Source of the DNA: a virus
Reading direction: 5' to 3' (one strand)
DNA: 64,000 nt
Virus record (IMG/VR): IMGVR_UViG_3300034524_000084
Location: 33,781-97,780 of that record
This document shows, piece by piece, positions 60,247-64,000 of the stretch; the first letter of the stretch is position 1; the number at the start of each line of letters is the position of its first letter. The notes under the pieces were generated by a model. It saw only the letters and a list, made by a program, of their open reading frames with translations, had not been told where the DNA came from and searched no databases. Made by a program: the position numbers and the translations under genes.

Positions 60247-60398
60247 TCCTCCATCTTTTGGTACTCTTGGCACTTTAGAATTTCAATATCTACACCAATT
60301 CTTCTTTTAGATTCATCAGAAAAATTCTTCTCAAGAATAGCTTTCCATCTGCATACATTTTGTTTTTCGCAGGTTTCACATAAAAAATTTTTTATCAC
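60243..60398 (-). CDS. small Cys-containing protein (51 aa)
   Basis: MIKNFLCETCEKQNVC...KCQEY; ATGA-coupled to next gene. Confidence 0.6.
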   Translation of the reverse strand: MIKNFLCETCEKQNVCRWKAILEKNFSDESKRRIGVDIEILKCQEYQKMEE

Positions 60399-60431
60399 AC
60401 TTTCACCCCTCATAAATACTTTTATGCTTCA

Positions 60432-61625
60432 CTATAACTCAGCAAATAATTTAGACGCCTCAGAACGCACATCTTCCTCAAGCGTAATCACTCCAAATAA
60501 AGAATTACCTTTTGCTTTCTCTATGAGATACTTTAAACCATTATTATTTTTATACTTTGATTCCGCTTGACTATAATCACCACAAAAAACTATAGCAGAA
60601 TTTTTGTCAATTCTACTACCAATTAATTTTATTCCTTTAGCATCAATATCCTCAGCCTCATCAACAATCACAAAAGATTCTTGGATTGATAAACCTTTTA
60701 AAAAATACGGAACATCAACTATTATCTGTTCATTTTTAATATAATAATCTAAATCATCAATCCCTCTATCTAAATATTGCGCAATTGGTCTAAAATAATC
60801 TTTTATTTTGTCATATTTTGAACCTGGTAAAAAACCAATTTGTTCACCAGTACCAATAGGATTTCTTATTAAAAATAATTTTGAATAATTCCCTTTAGTA
60901 AAAACATTGTACAAACCCATTCTTACCGCAAGTAATGTCTTGCCAGACCCATAATTTCCAATTATTACTTTAATTGGTATATCATTATTATTTAACAAAT
61001 CTAAAGCACATCGTTGTAACGAATTCAGTGCTTTAATTACTTTTGAGGATGGCAACTTCAAATTAACTAATTTACCATTAGAATACCTATATTCAAACAC
61101 ATCATTTAAATCGGCATTATGCAAAATCAAATACTCATTCTCTAAAAAATTGTATTTATTAACACCTTCTTCAAGAGAAGCAAATAAATCATTAATTTCA
61201 TCTGTATTAAGAAATAATTCTTTATATCCTTTATACACTTCATCATTATCATTTTTCTCATAAAATTCAACTTCAACACCTAAAGCAATAGCTTTCAATC
61301 TCATACTAATATCGTCAGTCAATAATTTATACTTGTTTATTTTCGCACACACAATTAACTGATTATCTACTTTTTTAGCACTCCATCCCCAGGGAAGAGG
61401 AGCAGTATAATCATCATTATCAAATATAAAGTTCACGGTATTACTTAAAATTTTTTGTATTACTTTTCTCGCTTTGTAACCTGCCTCATCATTATATTCC
61501 TTCATGTTGTCTAATTCTTCCAAAACTGAACTATGTATTACAAGTGGATACTTATCAATAGCATCAACATTGTTTATAAGAAAACTCGTATCAACAACAT
61601 ACTTACCACCCATTTCAAAACCCAC
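60432..61625 (-). CDS. phoH: PhoH-family ATPase with PIN domain
   Basis: VVDTS PIN motif, GNYGSGKT, GFLPG, VDEAE, GDYSQ. Confidence 0.92.
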   Translation of the reverse strand: MGFEMGGKYVVDTSFLINNVDAIDKYPLVIHSSVLEELDNMKEYNDEAGYKARKVIQKILSNTVNFIFDNDDYTAPLPWGWSAKKVDNQLIVCAKINKYKLLTDDISMRLKAIALGVEVEFYEKNDNDEVYKGYKELFLNTDEINDLFASLEEGVNKYNFLENEYLILHNADLNDVFEYRYSNGKLVNLKLPSSKVIKALNSLQRCALDLLNNNDIPIKVIIGNYGSGKTLLAVRMGLYNVFTKGNYSKLFLIRNPIGTGEQIGFLPGSKYDKIKDYFRPIAQYLDRGIDDLDYYIKNEQIIVDVPYFLKGLSIQESFVIVDEAEDIDAKGIKLIGSRIDKNSAIVFCGDYSQAESKYKNNNGLKYLIEKAKGNSLFGVITLEEDVRSEASKLFAEL

Positions 61626-61641
61626 TTTCTATTAGTTTATT

Positions 61642-61935
61642 TTATGGTTGGCTACCTCCATTATCCTTTAACAAACTCTTGAAATTTTTAGATGGTTTAA
61701 ACCTTATCACCTTATAAGCGGGTATATCAATCCTTTCACCACTATGTGGGTTATATCCTTGTTTTGGCGGTCTTGTAGTAATTTCAAATATTCCAAAGTC
61801 AGGTATAGTAATTTTTTCACCTAATATCATTTGTTCTTTGATAGTATCAAATATAATATCTATTATTGCTTCGGCTTCCTTTTGAGTTACACTAAGTTTT
61901 CCTTTAATAAGCCTCACAAAATCTCTCTTTAACAA
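61642..61935 (-). CDS. HU-like DNA-binding protein
   Basis: FGIF...GYNPHSGE...FKPSK. Confidence 0.92.
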   Translation of the reverse strand: MLKRDFVRLIKGKLSVTQKEAEAIIDIIFDTIKEQMILGEKITIPDFGIFEITTRPPKQGYNPHSGERIDIPAYKVIRFKPSKNFKSLLKDNGGSQP

Positions 61936-61947
61936 TACAACCCCTCC

Positions 61948-62523
61948 TTAAATTATTTCATCCACAAAACCTAATTCTTTGGCAGTATCACCAAAACAAT
62001 AGAATTCCTTTCTTTTTATTTCTGCATACTGCTCCTCGCTTATTTTAGTATGTTCTTTTATAAAACTGTCAATTTTTTCTTCTAACTGTTCTAAAAATTT
62101 CATAGTATCTCTTGCTTTACCCGAACTATTAGCTACTATGTACTCACCATCATGTAATAAAAACACTGTATTACTCGATGCAAAACGCTTATGCCCTGCT
62201 AAAAATATCAATAATCCAGCCGAACACACTCTTGATAAGCCATAAATATGTATTGGTATGCGTGATTTCTTAATTATTTCAGTTAAGTACATACCAACAA
62301 AAGCATCTCCACCATCAGTGTTCAAATATAACTTAATTGGTTTTAATTGGTCTTCTGGTACATTGGCTTCCTCTAAATTCATCTTGATTATGGGTACTGC
62401 AATCATATCTATTGCACTATCGTCAATGTCGTCATTGTAATAAATTGCTCTTTCTTTTAAAAAATTTTTATATATATCTTCATAAATAGTAGTAGGTTGA
62501 ATAGCTATTGCCCCTAACTCCAC
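61948..62523 (-). CDS. ClpP-like serine protease
   Basis: IKLYLNTDGG, CSAG (Ser), LLHDG (His), AKELGFVD. Confidence 0.88.
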   Translation of the reverse strand: MELGAIAIQPTTIYEDIYKNFLKERAIYYNDDIDDSAIDMIAVPIIKMNLEEANVPEDQLKPIKLYLNTDGGDAFVGMYLTEIIKKSRIPIHIYGLSRVCSAGLLIFLAGHKRFASSNTVFLLHDGEYIVANSSGKARDTMKFLEQLEEKIDSFIKEHTKISEEQYAEIKRKEFYCFGDTAKELGFVDEII

Positions 62524-62813
62524 TAAAATTCCTCCATTCTTTTTGGTTTATATTGTTTGCATTGCACCACCACAACCCAATCCCATTGCTTACACTTTCG
62601 CTCACAACCCAAACAATATTCGTTATATTTATTTATATCAGGGAATGTATCTTCTCTTAATAACATCTCTATTTTGTGACGCACTGTTTTATCTGGAACT
62701 ATTTCTTCAGTTATGATTTTCTGAAACACATCAGAAGTAATACCAGTAAATTCAAGTATAACTTCCTCTGGGACAGAATACTTTTCCATATATTTCAGAA
62801 TCTTATTCATCAC
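62523..62813 (-). CDS. hypothetical protein (HTH-like plus Cys cluster)
   Basis: CLGCERKCKQ...C. Confidence 0.6.
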   Translation of the reverse strand: MMNKILKYMEKYSVPEEVILEFTGITSDVFQKIITEEIVPDKTVRHKIEMLLREDTFPDINKYNEYCLGCERKCKQWDWVVVVQCKQYKPKRMEEF

Positions 62814-63829
62814 GACACCTCTTTAATCAAATAATTATTAATTCTATCTCCGTACGAATTAAAGAAATATACATTACCATCTTGTTCTATCACTGTAATA
62901 TGATCCAATGGATATTCTAATCTATGGTCTCGCTCACGCACATCTCTTTTTTGATATTCTTTAACTTCATTGCTTATGTAATATTTTTTACCTTTAAATG
63001 TAAACATATTATCAGTATCAACGTAACACCACTCAAAGGTATATGGTCTTTCAGGATCAATCAGCCTCTCAATCCTGACATGATAATCGCTATAATCTAC
63101 CCATTGCCCATTAATCCAATCCCAATCTTTTATTCTATCCTTATGATTATCGTAGGTAAATAAAATTCCGAATTTATAGGTACTTGTTTGTTTCCAGCGT
63201 TTATGTTGAGCTTTATGTTTTTTAATCCATTTTCGATAGCGCTCTTTAGACATTTGTTGATATTGCCATACACGTTTCATTCTTAATATTTTATAATTAT
63301 CATAAATGTACATCTTGTTTCTTTTACTATCAAATTCATTGCCATTTTCTTCTTCACTATCAACATCGGTATAAAAAATATCATCAAATGAAGCAACTTC
63401 ATGCTTGTACACATCATCATTTACAAAATCTTCTTGAAAACCCGCACTCAAATAATACCCAAGCACATCTAATATAACTGATTCAATATTAATATTGTCA
63501 CTATTAAAACCCCAAGACTCATATTTTTTATAAATATAATTTTCTAAAGATAGTCCATCTTTATACTCTTTTTTTAATATTTTATCTATAAGTTTCCTTC
63601 TGTAATCCAACGGAATAATTTTTTCTGAATATAACTTATAATAAAACCCCTTTTTGCTATCACTAAAGTATTTTATAATTTCCTTATTTTTTCGCAATCT
63701 ATTAATATAAACTTTCGATTGATTCTGTATTTTTTTATATTCTCTTATCCTATACACCAAAAATATGTTTTTATTTCCAAATCTTAATTTTACCCCATCT
63801 CTTTTTACAATAATCTCTTTGAGTTCCAC
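62810..63829 (-). CDS. hypothetical protein
   Basis: 339 aa ORF with GAGGGGG RBS. Confidence 0.7.
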   Translation of the reverse strand: MELKEIIVKRDGVKLRFGNKNIFLVYRIREYKKIQNQSKVYINRLRKNKEIIKYFSDSKKGFYYKLYSEKIIPLDYRRKLIDKILKKEYKDGLSLENYIYKKYESWGFNSDNINIESVILDVLGYYLSAGFQEDFVNDDVYKHEVASFDDIFYTDVDSEEENGNEFDSKRNKMYIYDNYKILRMKRVWQYQQMSKERYRKWIKKHKAQHKRWKQTSTYKFGILFTYDNHKDRIKDWDWINGQWVDYSDYHVRIERLIDPERPYTFEWCYVDTDNMFTFKGKKYYISNEVKEYQKRDVRERDHRLEYPLDHITVIEQDGNVYFFNSYGDRINNYLIKEVS

Positions 63830-64000
63830 AATAGAAATTACCCCCTCATTATATTACTATGGGTCAGCTACCCCTATTTTACAGTATTTTTTTCGAATTT
63901 GTTTATTTTAGAATCAACAAAACACCTAATACATACATTTTTTAAACCATCTTTACCTTTTGGTTCTTTATAGAAAAATTCCTCAGTAGCAGGTAACCAT

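Overview
This window is about 64 kb of a large, AT-rich temperate siphophage with SPbeta-like gene order. The host is probably a low-GC Firmicute/Clostridia, possibly thermophilic (inference). It appears to be in its non-integrated form, since an intact attP (3' half of tRNA-Gln) lies between xis and int. The + strand (1-25.1 kb) carries replication genes (DnaB, primase, Cas4-like nuclease, DnaE), a partly decayed DNA-modification cluster (Mom-like pseudogene, two MTases, radical SAM), a compact type V-F CRISPR system (cas12f, tracrRNA, leader, 4-repeat array, no cas1/cas2), nucleotide metabolism (ThyX-like, NrdJ with an intein and a group I intron, dUTPase), RtcB, RuvC, xis-attP-int and a tnpB-only IS200/IS605 insertion. 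The - strand (25.2-64 kb) carries lysis, tail, head and packaging genes (terL split by two group I introns, one with two homing endonucleases) and accessory genes (phosphoesterase, PhoH, HU, ClpP). The most notable observation is a second, diverged copy of the Cas12f tracrRNA about 45 kb from cas12f (58786-58904, - strand). It is fused in cis to a degenerate CRISPR repeat and shows several compensatory base changes in its predicted pseudoknots, so it looks like a natural single-guide RNA whose guide is the flanking terS ribosome-binding site and start codon. All calls come from reading the sequence by eye; no database searches were run.
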